64,000 bases of DNA from assembly GCA_963734535.1 (NCBI GenBank), contig CAVTHS010000003.1, positions 160,001 through 224,000 on the forward strand. The letters run 5' to 3'. Below the pieces are notes generated by a model. It did no database searches, was not told the origin of the DNA, and saw only the letters and a program-made list of their open reading frames with translations. The stretch is from an uncultured Chloroflexia bacterium. GTDB taxonomy: Bacteria > Chloroflexota > Limnocylindria > Limnocylindrales > CSP1-4. Positions within the stretch are counted from its first letter, which is position 1. The number at the start of each line of letters is the position of its first letter. Made by a program: the position numbers and the translations under genes. This document shows, in pieces, positions 51,674 through 60,495 of the stretch.

Positions 51674-52761
51674 CCCGGACGCAGCCGGCCGGGGAGCCGG
51701 CCGCCTGGGACGCGTTCGTGGTCGGAAACGAGCGCGGCTCCTATCTGCAGCGCACCGCGTGGGCGCGCGTGAAGGCCGCGAATGGGTGGACCAGCGCGCG
51801 CGTCGTGGCGGGCGGACCCGCGCCGATCGGCGCCCAGGTTCTCCTGCGCCGACCGCGCCCGCTGCCATGGGCGTTCGCCTACGCGCCGCGCGGCCCGGTC
51901 GCGACGGCCTGGGACGCGGCGTCGCTCGGCGCGTTCACCGACGCCTTGCGAGCGGCTCCCCTCGGGCGCGTCTCGCACGTGCGGATCGACCCCGAGGTGG
52001 AGCGCGACGGCCCTCTCGATCCGGGCGGGTTCCTCCGAACGTCGCTGTCGGCCGCGGGCTGGCGGCCAGCCGCCCCGATCCAGCCGCCGTCGACCCGCGT
52101 CATCGACCTCGCGGCCGACGAGGCAGCCCTGTGGGGCGACCTCCGCAAGAAGTGGCGCCAGTACGTCAACAAGGCCCGCTCGAACGGCGTGACGGTCGTG
52201 GAGCTGCCGGGCGACCCGATCCGGCCCTTCTACGAGATCTACCGGGAAACCGCCGCCCGGGCCGGCTTCCTGATCCGGGTGGAGCAGGCGTACCGCGATG
52301 TCTGGGAGGCCTACCGGGCCACGGGGGACGCGACGATCCTGTTCGCGATCGACGCTGCCGGGACGCCGCAGGCCGCGCTCTTCCTCGTGCGCAACGGGCG
52401 CCGCGTGGTCGAGCCGTACGGCGGGATGACGGGCCCGGGCGCCGACCTTCGGGCCAACTACCTGCTCAAGTGGGAGGCGATCCGTCGCGCCCGCGCAGCC
52501 GGTGCGGCGACCTACGACCTGTGGGGGCTGGCCAACCCCGGGATCGCCCACTTCAAGACCGGCTTCGGCGGCCGCGAGGTTCGATTCGTCGGGGCCTGGG
52601 ACCTGGTCATGAGCGAGCTGGGCCGGCAGGTCTACCTGACCGCCCAGCGCCTCCGGGTGATCCGGGCACGCCGCCGGGCCGGCCTGGCAGCGGCCGGAGC
52701 GCCGGGCCTCGCGGGCGGCGACGAGTCCGCCCGCCCGCCTGGCGAGACCGACGCCGAATGA
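51670..52761 (+). CDS. FemABX-family peptidoglycan bridge aminoacyltransferase
   Basis: YLQ..WARVK..GW, YAPRGP, QP..TRVIDL, NYLLKWEAI, YDLWG, FKTGFGG. Confidence 0.9.
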   Translation: MTRTQPAGEPAAWDAFVVGNERGSYLQRTAWARVKAANGWTSARVVAGGPAPIGAQVLLRRPRPLPWAFAYAPRGPVATAWDAASLGAFTDALRAAPLGRVSHVRIDPEVERDGPLDPGGFLRTSLSAAGWRPAAPIQPPSTRVIDLAADEAALWGDLRKKWRQYVNKARSNGVTVVELPGDPIRPFYEIYRETAARAGFLIRVEQAYRDVWEAYRATGDATILFAIDAAGTPQAALFLVRNGRRVVEPYGGMTGPGADLRANYLLKWEAIRRARAAGAATYDLWGLANPGIAHFKTGFGGREVRFVGAWDLVMSELGRQVYLTAQRLRVIRARRRAGLAAAGAPGLAGGDESARPPGETDAE

Positions 52762-53906
52762 GCGATCCGTCCGGGGTGCGCGAGGCCGGCCCGGAAACGC
52801 TCGCCGGCTGGGACGATCGAACGGTCCGGGTTTCCGGGGGCGACGTCCAGCAGTCACTGGCCTGGGGCGAGCACCGCGCGCGGACGGGCTGGCGGGTCCA
52901 TCACCTCGAGCTCGACGACGGAAGCGCCGTCCTCGCCCTCGGCCGGCCATGGCCGCTGCTCGGCGGTGGGCGCCTCTACCTGCCGAAGGGGCCGGTGGCG
53001 GACGGCGCATCGGCGGTGGCCGTGGCCGAGCGCTTCGCCGCGGTGGCCGCGTGGGCCAGAGAGGCCGGCTACGACGTGATCCTCGCCGATGCCGAGATTC
53101 CCGCGGCTACCGGGTACCCGGCGGTCCTGGCCGCGCGCGGCTTCCGGCCCGTCGAGGAGGTCGGGCCGTCGCGACATCGGGTGTCGGCGCCGATCGCGAC
53201 GGGCGCCGACGACGGGCGGCTGCTCGCGACCATCGGGACCACCACCCGCCAGATGATCGTGGCAGCCGAGCGGCGCGGGATGCGGGTCGTGCGCCGTGAC
53301 GTCGCCGCCGGGACCGCCCCCGGGCCGGGCTTCGAGGTGCCGGTCCACGAACGTCCCGGCGAGTCCGCGACAGCAGCGTTCGAGCGGTTCCACGCCCTCC
53401 TCGCTGCCACCGGGGAGCGGCGCGGCTTCGCGATCGGCCCGCGTCCCATGGCCCTGGCGTGGTGGCACGCCGCGCTCGCTGCCGGCTTCCTTGCCTTCCT
53501 CGAGGCACGCTCCGCGGATGACACGTACCTCGGGGCCGCCCTCTTCTACCGGAACGGAGAGCGGCTCACGTACGCGCACTCGGGCGATGTCGTCGCGTTG
53601 CGGCGCACGCATCCCGGGGCCTCGCGCCTGCTCCTCTGGCGCGCCCTCCAGCTCGCGGCGCGTGAGGGTCGCAGCGAGCTGGACCTCGGCGGCGTGGACG
53701 TGGCGGGCGCCCGATCCGAGCCCGGCCCCGGGGACCCGATGTACGGCCTCCTCGAGTTCAAGCGCTCCTTCGGCGGACGGTGGGTCGAGCTGTCCGGCGC
53801 CCACGAGCGGGTTCTCCGTCCATCGCGGGCCCGCGCCGGCGCCACGATCGGCAGCGTCGCGCACGGTGCGCGACGCCTCGCGCGCGGATGGAGGCCGGCG
53901 CGGTGA
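52758..53906 (+). CDS. Second FemABX-family (GNAT) aminoacyltransferase, divergent
   Basis: QQSLAWG..R..GW, YLPKGP, LLLWRA, LDLGG, GLLEFKRSFGG. Confidence 0.82.
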   Translation: MSDPSGVREAGPETLAGWDDRTVRVSGGDVQQSLAWGEHRARTGWRVHHLELDDGSAVLALGRPWPLLGGGRLYLPKGPVADGASAVAVAERFAAVAAWAREAGYDVILADAEIPAATGYPAVLAARGFRPVEEVGPSRHRVSAPIATGADDGRLLATIGTTTRQMIVAAERRGMRVVRRDVAAGTAPGPGFEVPVHERPGESATAAFERFHALLAATGERRGFAIGPRPMALAWWHAALAAGFLAFLEARSADDTYLGAALFYRNGERLTYAHSGDVVALRRTHPGASRLLLWRALQLAAREGRSELDLGGVDVAGARSEPGPGDPMYGLLEFKRSFGGRWVELSGAHERVLRPSRARAGATIGSVAHGARRLARGWRPAR

Positions 53907-55615
53907 ACGAGCATCGGCTCCCCGACGGCCCCGACCAGGACATGCCGGCCGCGGCGCAGGACCTGACCGCACGCCTCGCGGCCGCGGAACCGCAGGGGTC
54001 GAAGCCGCTCGCTGGACTCGTCGAGCGGCTCCGGGCGGCCGGCCGCCTGCGCGCCGTGATCGGAGCGGACGGGCTGGCTTGCTCGGCGACGGACGCGCCC
54101 GTGGGTGGCGTCGCCGTCACCGGGATCGCCTACGACTCGCGGCGGGTCGTGCCCGACAGCTGCTTCGTGGCCGTGCCCGGCTCGCACGTGGACGGGCACG
54201 CGTTCGTCGACGCCGCCGTCGCGGCCGGGGCAGGCGTGCTCGTCCTCGAGCAGGCGCGACCCGCCGGCGACCTGGCCGGGGCGATCCAGCTCGTCGTCGA
54301 CCGGAGCCAGCTCGCCCTCGCGACCGTGGCCGCCTGGTGGTACGCGGACCCTGCCGCGACGCTCGGCGTCATCGGGATCACCGGGACCGATGGCAAGACC
54401 ACGACGGCCGCGATGGCCGTTGCGGCCCTCGAGGCCGCCGGCGTCCGGACCGGCCTCGTGAGCACGGCCGAGCAGAAGATCGGCAGCACGCGAGCGGGCT
54501 CGCGTGCCCACGTCACGACGCCCGAGGCGCCCGAGCTCCAGCGCGCCCTGCGCGCGATCCACGCCGCCGGCGACGTCGCGGCCGTCGTGGAGTCCACCTC
54601 GCACGGCCTCGCGCTCGAGCGGGTCGGGGAGATCGCGTTCGACGTCGCGATCCTGACCAACCTGAGCCACGAGCACCTCGAGTTCCACGGGACCTTCGAG
54701 GCATATCGGGCGGCGAAGCGGTCGCTCTTCGAGCGGCTCGGCGCTGAGGGTGCCGGCGGGACGGGCCGGCGCGACAAGCCCGCTTCGCTGCCCGGCAGCC
54801 GCCCATGGCCCCGCGGTGGGATCGTCAACGCCGATGACCCGGAGGCCGACGTCTTCGTGGCCGCGACGAGGAACGCGGGCGCGACCCTGCTGCGGTATGG
54901 CGTCGCGCCTCGGGCCGACGTCCGGGCGTCGGACATCTCTGTCAGGGACGGCGGCCTCGTCGCGACCGTCACGACGCCGCGAAGCTCGCGGACGCTCCGG
55001 ATCCCGCTCCTCGGCCGCTTCAACGTTCACAACGCGCTGGCGGTGGTCGCGCTCGGCGAGCTGCTCGAGCTGGATGCGGAGCTGGTGCTCGCGGGCCTCG
55101 CCGGGTTCGGCGGCGTTCGCGGCCGCATGGAACGGATCGACCGCGGCCAGCCGTTCGTCCTCATCGTGGACTACGCGCACACGCCGGCCTCGCTCGCTGC
55201 GGTCCTCGACGACCTTGCCGGGCTGGTCGGGCCGGGCGGCGGGCGGATCGCGGTATTCGGCTCGGCGGGGGAGCGCGACGTCGCGAAGCGGGCGCTCCAG
55301 GGGCGGGTGGCCGGGGAGCGCTGCCGGCTCGTGATCGCGACCGACGAGGACCCTCGCGGCGAGGAACCGATCGCGATCCTCGAGCAGATCGCCGAAGGCG
55401 CCGAGGCAGCGGGCCTGCACCGCGGCGACGAGCTGCTCCTGATCCCGGACCGGCGGGCGGCCATCGCGGCGGCGATCGAGCAGGCGCGGCCCGGCGACGT
55501 CGTCCTCCTCGCGGGCAAGGGCCACGAGCGGAGCATCATCTACGCGGGGTCGGAGCTGGCGTGGGACGAGCGCCTCGTTGCCGAGGAATGCCTGGCCGCG
55601 GCGGGCTACGGATGA
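53903..55615 (+). CDS. murE: UDP-MurNAc-dipeptide:amino acid ligase MurE
   Basis: YDSR, GITGTDGKTT, TTPE, ESTSHG, TNLSHEHL, FNVHN, GRME, VDYAHTP, EDPR, AGKGHE. Confidence 0.93.
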   Translation: MNEHRLPDGPDQDMPAAAQDLTARLAAAEPQGSKPLAGLVERLRAAGRLRAVIGADGLACSATDAPVGGVAVTGIAYDSRRVVPDSCFVAVPGSHVDGHAFVDAAVAAGAGVLVLEQARPAGDLAGAIQLVVDRSQLALATVAAWWYADPAATLGVIGITGTDGKTTTAAMAVAALEAAGVRTGLVSTAEQKIGSTRAGSRAHVTTPEAPELQRALRAIHAAGDVAAVVESTSHGLALERVGEIAFDVAILTNLSHEHLEFHGTFEAYRAAKRSLFERLGAEGAGGTGRRDKPASLPGSRPWPRGGIVNADDPEADVFVAATRNAGATLLRYGVAPRADVRASDISVRDGGLVATVTTPRSSRTLRIPLLGRFNVHNALAVVALGELLELDAELVLAGLAGFGGVRGRMERIDRGQPFVLIVDYAHTPASLAAVLDDLAGLVGPGGGRIAVFGSAGERDVAKRALQGRVAGERCRLVIATDEDPRGEEPIAILEQIAEGAEAAGLHRGDELLLIPDRRAAIAAAIEQARPGDVVLLAGKGHERSIIYAGSELAWDERLVAEECLAAAGYG

Positions 55616-55758
55616 CACCGCGCTCGGCGTGACCTGACCGAGCCCTGGACCCGGCGCGAGCTCGCCAGTGCGGGTGAGGCGCTCACGGAAACGACGCGGC
55701 ACGCTCACCGGGTTGCGCACCGGGTCGCCAAAACGGCCCTGCTATCCTTGCGCGACCC

Positions 55759-57990
55759 ATGTCCGTCGAACAGGTCCCCGCCGATACCGCGCCGCGCACG
55801 CCGCGGGCCCGCAGGGCTGCGTCGAGCCTGACCCGCGGCGCCGCCGACGAGATGTCCCTGCCGGTGCTTCGCGCCGCGCTCATCGCCGAGGTCGCGATCC
55901 ACCATCCGCAGGCCGATCTCGGCCCGATCGAGCGCGCGTTCGACTTTGCGGTTGCGGCCCACGGCGACCAGCGCCGCGCGACGGGCGAGGCCTACGTGAC
56001 GCACCCGATCGCCGCCGCCCGCACGCTCGCCGAGATGGCCCTCGACCCGGCCTCGATCCAGGCGGCGCTGCTCCACGACGTGCCGGAGGACACGGACCAG
56101 TCGCTGACCGACATCGAGGAGCATTTCGGGGCCGAGGTCGCCCACCTGGTGGACGGCGTCACGAAGCTCTCCAAGTTCTCGACGCATTCCCACGAGGAGC
56201 AGCAGGCGGAGAACATCCGCAAGATGCTCCTCGCGATGGCCCAGGACATCCGGGTCGTCCTGATCAAGCTGGCAGATCGCCTCCACAACATGCGGACCCT
56301 GTCCGGTCTGCCCGCCGACAAGCAGCTCCGGATCGCCCGCCAGACGATGGAGATCTACGCCCCGCTCGCGGAGCGGCTCGGGATCTGGCAGATCAAGTGG
56401 GAGCTCGAGGACCTCGCGTTCAAGCACCTCGATCCGGAGCGGTACCGGGAGCTGGCGGCCAACCTCGACACCCGCCGCGGCCATCGCGAGAGCTACATCG
56501 AGCGGGCCATCGCGGTCCTCCAGCCGGAGCTCGAGCGCCACGGGATCGAAGGCGACCTCAACGGCCGCCCGAAGCACCTCTTCTCCATCTGGAAGAAGAT
56601 GCAGCGCAAGTCGGCCGCCTTCGGCGAGATCTACGACGTCTACGCGATCCGCCTCCTCGTCGACGAGGTCCGGGACTGCTACGCGGCGCTCGGCGTGGTC
56701 CACAGCCTCTGGAAGCCGATCCCGGGCCAGTTCGACGACTACATCGCGGTCCCCAAGCCGAACGGCTACCAGAGCCTGCATACCGCCGTGATCGCGCTCG
56801 ACGGCAAGCCCCTCGAGATCCAGATCCGGACGCACGCCATGCACTCCGTCAGCGAGGTGGGCATCGCGGCCCACTGGCGCTACAAGGAGGGCTCGAAGGC
56901 CGAGCGCGACTACGATGCGAAGCTGGCCTGGCTGCGCCAGCTGATGGACTGGCAGCGCGAGGTCACCGACGCGACCGAGTTCGTCGAGGGGATCAAGCTC
57001 GACATCTTCCAGGACCAGGTCTTCGTGTTCACGCCGAGGGGCGACATCAAGGACCTGCCGGCAAGCTCCACGCCGCTCGACTTCGCCTACCGGATCCACA
57101 CGGACGTCGGACATCGGACGATCGGCGCGAAGGTCAACAACCGGCTCGTCCCGCTCGACTACCGCCTCAAGAACGGCGACATCGTCGAGATCGTGACGAC
57201 CAAGGCCGAGCACGGCCCGTCCCGCGACTGGCTCTCGATCGTCCGGACCTCGCACGCCCGCGAGAAGATCCGCCAGTGGTTCAAGAAGAAGGACCGCGAC
57301 GAGAACATCACCCATGGGCGGGAGTCGCTCGAGCGGGAGCTGAAGCGGCTGGCCCGAACCACGATCGCGGCCGTCGGCCATGATCGACTCCTCGAGGCCG
57401 CGCGGCCGTACGGGCACGACACGCTCGACGACTTCTTCGCGGCGATCGGCTACGGCGCCGTGTCACCGCAGCAGGTCGTCATGCGGCTCGGCGTGGTCGA
57501 CGATGCCCAGCTGACGCTGCCGTCCATCGCCCCCACGCCCGTCCGGGCCGGCGGCGTCCGCGTCAAGGGCGTGGGCGACCTCCTCGTTCGCTTCGCCAAG
57601 TGCTGTCACCCGATCCCGGGCGACCCGATCGTCGGATTCATCACGCGCGGGCGCGGCATCACGGTGCACCTGGGCCGCTGCCCCACGGTGGTCAACGAGC
57701 GCGAGTCGGCGCGCCTGATCGAGGTCGAGTGGGAGACCGCTCCCGCGGAGACCTACCCGATCGCGATCCGGGTCGAGGCCCACGATCGGACCGGGCTCCT
57801 CAACGACATCGCGGGTGCCGTCGCCGAGAGCAAGGTGAACATCGTGGCGGCGAACGTCGCGGTCAGCCAGGACCACACGGCGACCGTCATGGCCACCCTC
57901 CAGGTGGCGTCGGTCTCGCAGCTTGCCCGCGTCATCAGCCGCATCGAGCGGGTCAAGGACGTGCTCTCGGTCCAGCGCGACCTGGGGTAG
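55759..57990 (+). CDS. relA: Bifunctional (p)ppGpp synthetase/hydrolase Rel
   Basis: HD hydrolase LLHDVPED, KLADRLHNMRT, RPKH..SI..KM, GYQSLHT, EIQIRT, TGS, CC and ACT domains. Confidence 0.96.
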   Translation: MSVEQVPADTAPRTPRARRAASSLTRGAADEMSLPVLRAALIAEVAIHHPQADLGPIERAFDFAVAAHGDQRRATGEAYVTHPIAAARTLAEMALDPASIQAALLHDVPEDTDQSLTDIEEHFGAEVAHLVDGVTKLSKFSTHSHEEQQAENIRKMLLAMAQDIRVVLIKLADRLHNMRTLSGLPADKQLRIARQTMEIYAPLAERLGIWQIKWELEDLAFKHLDPERYRELAANLDTRRGHRESYIERAIAVLQPELERHGIEGDLNGRPKHLFSIWKKMQRKSAAFGEIYDVYAIRLLVDEVRDCYAALGVVHSLWKPIPGQFDDYIAVPKPNGYQSLHTAVIALDGKPLEIQIRTHAMHSVSEVGIAAHWRYKEGSKAERDYDAKLAWLRQLMDWQREVTDATEFVEGIKLDIFQDQVFVFTPRGDIKDLPASSTPLDFAYRIHTDVGHRTIGAKVNNRLVPLDYRLKNGDIVEIVTTKAEHGPSRDWLSIVRTSHAREKIRQWFKKKDRDENITHGRESLERELKRLARTTIAAVGHDRLLEAARPYGHDTLDDFFAAIGYGAVSPQQVVMRLGVVDDAQLTLPSIAPTPVRAGGVRVKGVGDLLVRFAKCCHPIPGDPIVGFITRGRGITVHLGRCPTVVNERESARLIEVEWETAPAETYPIAIRVEAHDRTGLLNDIAGAVAESKVNIVAANVAVSQDHTATVMATLQVASVSQLARVISRIERVKDVLSVQRDLG

Positions 57991-58035
57991 GGGAGGCGCG
58001 GCGAATCCGCGCTCGTCGCCCGCTAGACTGGCGCC

Positions 58036-59329
58036 ATGCCGCCATCCCTGCGGGCCCCCCGGGGCACCCGCGACCTGCTGCCCGACGAGCGGGCCGCGTT
58101 CGCGCGCGTGGAGCGGATCGCCCGCGACCTGGCGGCCCGCTACGGCTACCGCGACATGGAGACACCGCTGTTCGAGCAGGCCGTCGATCTTCGAGCGCGG
58201 CATCGGCGCCGCCACGGACGTGGTCGAGAAGGAGCTGTTCCGCGTCTCACCGAGTCGCGGGGACGAGCGGGAGGCCTGGGCGCTCCGCCCCGAGGCGACT
58301 GCCGGGATCTGCCGTGCCTACGTGGAGCACGGGATGCAGACCTGGCCGCAGCCGGTGCGCCTCAGCCTGACTGGCCCGATGTTCCGCTACGACCGGCCCC
58401 AGGCGGGCCGCTACCGCCAGTTCTGGCAGTGGGACGTCGAGGCGATCGGCGACGCGGGACCGGCGGTCGACGCAGAGCTGGTGGAGCTCGGCGCGCGCTT
58501 CTACCGTGACGCCGGGCTGCCGGACGTGGAGATCCTCCTCAACTCGATCGGCGACGCGGCCTGCCGGCCGGCGTACCTTGCCCGCCTGGTGGCCCACTAC
58601 CGCGCGGACGGCGTCCACCTGCCGGAGCTGGAGCGACGCCGCCTCGAGACGAACCCCCTGCGGCTGCTCGACTCGAAGGATCCGGCGATGGCCGAGGTCA
58701 ACGCCGCCGCGCCGCGCATCACCGACCATCTCTGCCCCGCGTGCGCGGAGCACTTCGCGGCCGTCCGCGCGCACCTCGACGCGATGGGCATCACCTACCG
58801 CGTCGAGCCCGGGCTCGTTCGAGGGCTCGACTACTACGTCAGGACCGCGTTCGAGTTCTATCGCCGCGGCGAGGAGGGCCAGCAGCAGGCACTCGGTGGC
58901 GGCGGCCGCTACGACGGCCTGATCGAGCTGCTGGGCGGCAAGCCGACCGCGGGCATCGGCTTCGCGCTCGGGCTCGACCGGGTCGTCATCGCGCTCGCAG
59001 CCGCCGGCATGGGCGCCCCGTCCGAGGCGGTACCCGTCGCGGTCGTCGTCGGCGCGGACCCGGGCAACACGCTGGATCGGCTCCGGATCGCGACGGACCT
59101 GCGTGGCGCGGGGCTGCCCGTGCGGGCGGATCTCGCCGTGCGCAAGCTCGGCCGCCAGCTCGAGGCCGCGGTCCGGGAGGGCGCCCAGTTCGCGGTGATC
59201 CTCGGCGACGAGCTCGCCGCCGGCGAGGTCCAGCTGCGCGACCTCGACGGCGGGTCACAGAAGCCCGTCGCGCTCGCGGACCTCACCGCACTGCTCCGGC
59301 GCAAGGTCCGGGCCCCGGGGGGGTCGTGA
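58036..59329 (+). CDS. hisS: Histidyl-tRNA synthetase; apparent +1 frameshift near 58182
   Basis: PRGTRD, TPLFE, then LRPEATA, FRYDRPQAGRYRQF, LVRGLDYY, GGGRYDGL in the next frame. Confidence 0.93.
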
Positions 59330-60009
59330 CCGGGCCGCTCGGCGCAACGGTCGGATCCATCGCGGTCGGCGTGGAGTCCACCCCGAAGCGGGTCTTCGCG
59401 TCCGCGCTCGAGTGGCCCGGATGGACCCGCGCCGGGCGCGACGAGCCTGCGGCGCTCGCCGCCCTGGCCGCGAGCGGCGAGCGGTACGCGTCAGCCGCGC
59501 GGGAGGCGGGGATCCCCTTCGCGCCGGTCACTCCGGGCCAGCTCGAGGTCGTGGAGCACCTGCCGGGCACGCCCACGACGGTCTTCGGCGCTCCCGACGT
59601 GGTGTTCGCCCTGGATGGCCGCCCGACCGATGCGGCGGACGGGGAGCGCCTCGCGGCGCTCGTGCGAGGCGCGTGGACGATCCTCGAGCGGGTCGTCGCG
59701 TCCGCGCCCGCCGAGCTCCGGAAGGGACCTCGCGGCGGCGGGCGCGACCGGGACGCGATCGCCGCCCACGTCGTCGCCGCGGAGAACGCTTACGCGAGAC
59801 GGGTCGGCCTTCGGCTTGCGGGGCCCGACGCCGGGGACGCGAGCGCCGTGGCCGGCGTCCGCGCCGCGCTCGCGGACGTCCTGGCACGCGCCACCGATGG
59901 CGGTCCGATCGCCGGCGGCCGCTGGCCCGCCCGGTACGCGGCCCGGCGCATCGCGTGGCACGTCCTGGACCACGCCTGGGAGATCGAGGACCGCGCCGAG
60001 CCGGGCTGA
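59326..60009 (+). CDS. Hypothetical protein (HicB-like N-terminus, DinB-like His-containing helical C-terminus)
   Basis: GTGA overlap; FASALEWPGW.R.G..E..AL; IAAHV..AE; RRIAWHVLDHAWEIED. Confidence 0.72.
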   Translation: MTGPLGATVGSIAVGVESTPKRVFASALEWPGWTRAGRDEPAALAALAASGERYASAAREAGIPFAPVTPGQLEVVEHLPGTPTTVFGAPDVVFALDGRPTDAADGERLAALVRGAWTILERVVASAPAELRKGPRGGGRDRDAIAAHVVAAENAYARRVGLRLAGPDAGDASAVAGVRAALADVLARATDGGPIAGGRWPARYAARRIAWHVLDHAWEIEDRAEPG

Positions 60010-60103
60010 ATCGCCCGGCGATCGGCCTGCGGTTGACGCGTCTCGGACAATCGATGGATCCGGGCCCCGTTCCAGGCGCCCGTGACCGGCACCGGGGGGA
60101 GCG

Positions 60104-60379
60104 ATGATCGGCCACACGACATTCCCGGCCAGCGTGATCCGCGCGCCGTCGCCGTCGGCGACCTGCACCTGCGAGCACTGGATCCACTGCGACCACGCCT
60201 GTCACGGTCGCAACTGCGACCCGACCGAGAACGCCTGTGACCTCGCGTTCGTGCCGGACGAGGGCGGACTGACCCGCTGGGGCTGTGCCGACTGCACGCC
60301 CGGGGAGGGCCACCCGCACTACCTGGGCTGCGAGCTCATCGGCTGGAGCGTGCCGACCCGGGGACCTGCCCTCGGCTGA
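60104..60379 (+). CDS. Small Cys/His-rich putative metal-binding protein
   Basis: GGGAG SD; 91 aa with 9 Cys and 7 His; GC3-rich codons. Confidence 0.68.
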   Translation: MIGHTTFPASVIRAPSPSATCTCEHWIHCDHACHGRNCDPTENACDLAFVPDEGGLTRWGCADCTPGEGHPHYLGCELIGWSVPTRGPALG

Positions 60380-60495
60380 CCCTGACGAGCCGGACCGGAG
60401 GCGACGGGCGTCGCCGGCCGGTCAACTCGACGCGAGCTGACTGCCCGCCCGGAGGGCAGTCCGGCCCGGGTCGGCGCCGCGCTACGATTGCCGGC

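Noticed and set aside
60380-60495. T-box riboswitch upstream of aspS
   Set aside because: No T-box consensus seen; a -10 hexamer sits 7 nt before the ATG, and only an 8-bp hairpin (60439-60461) is present
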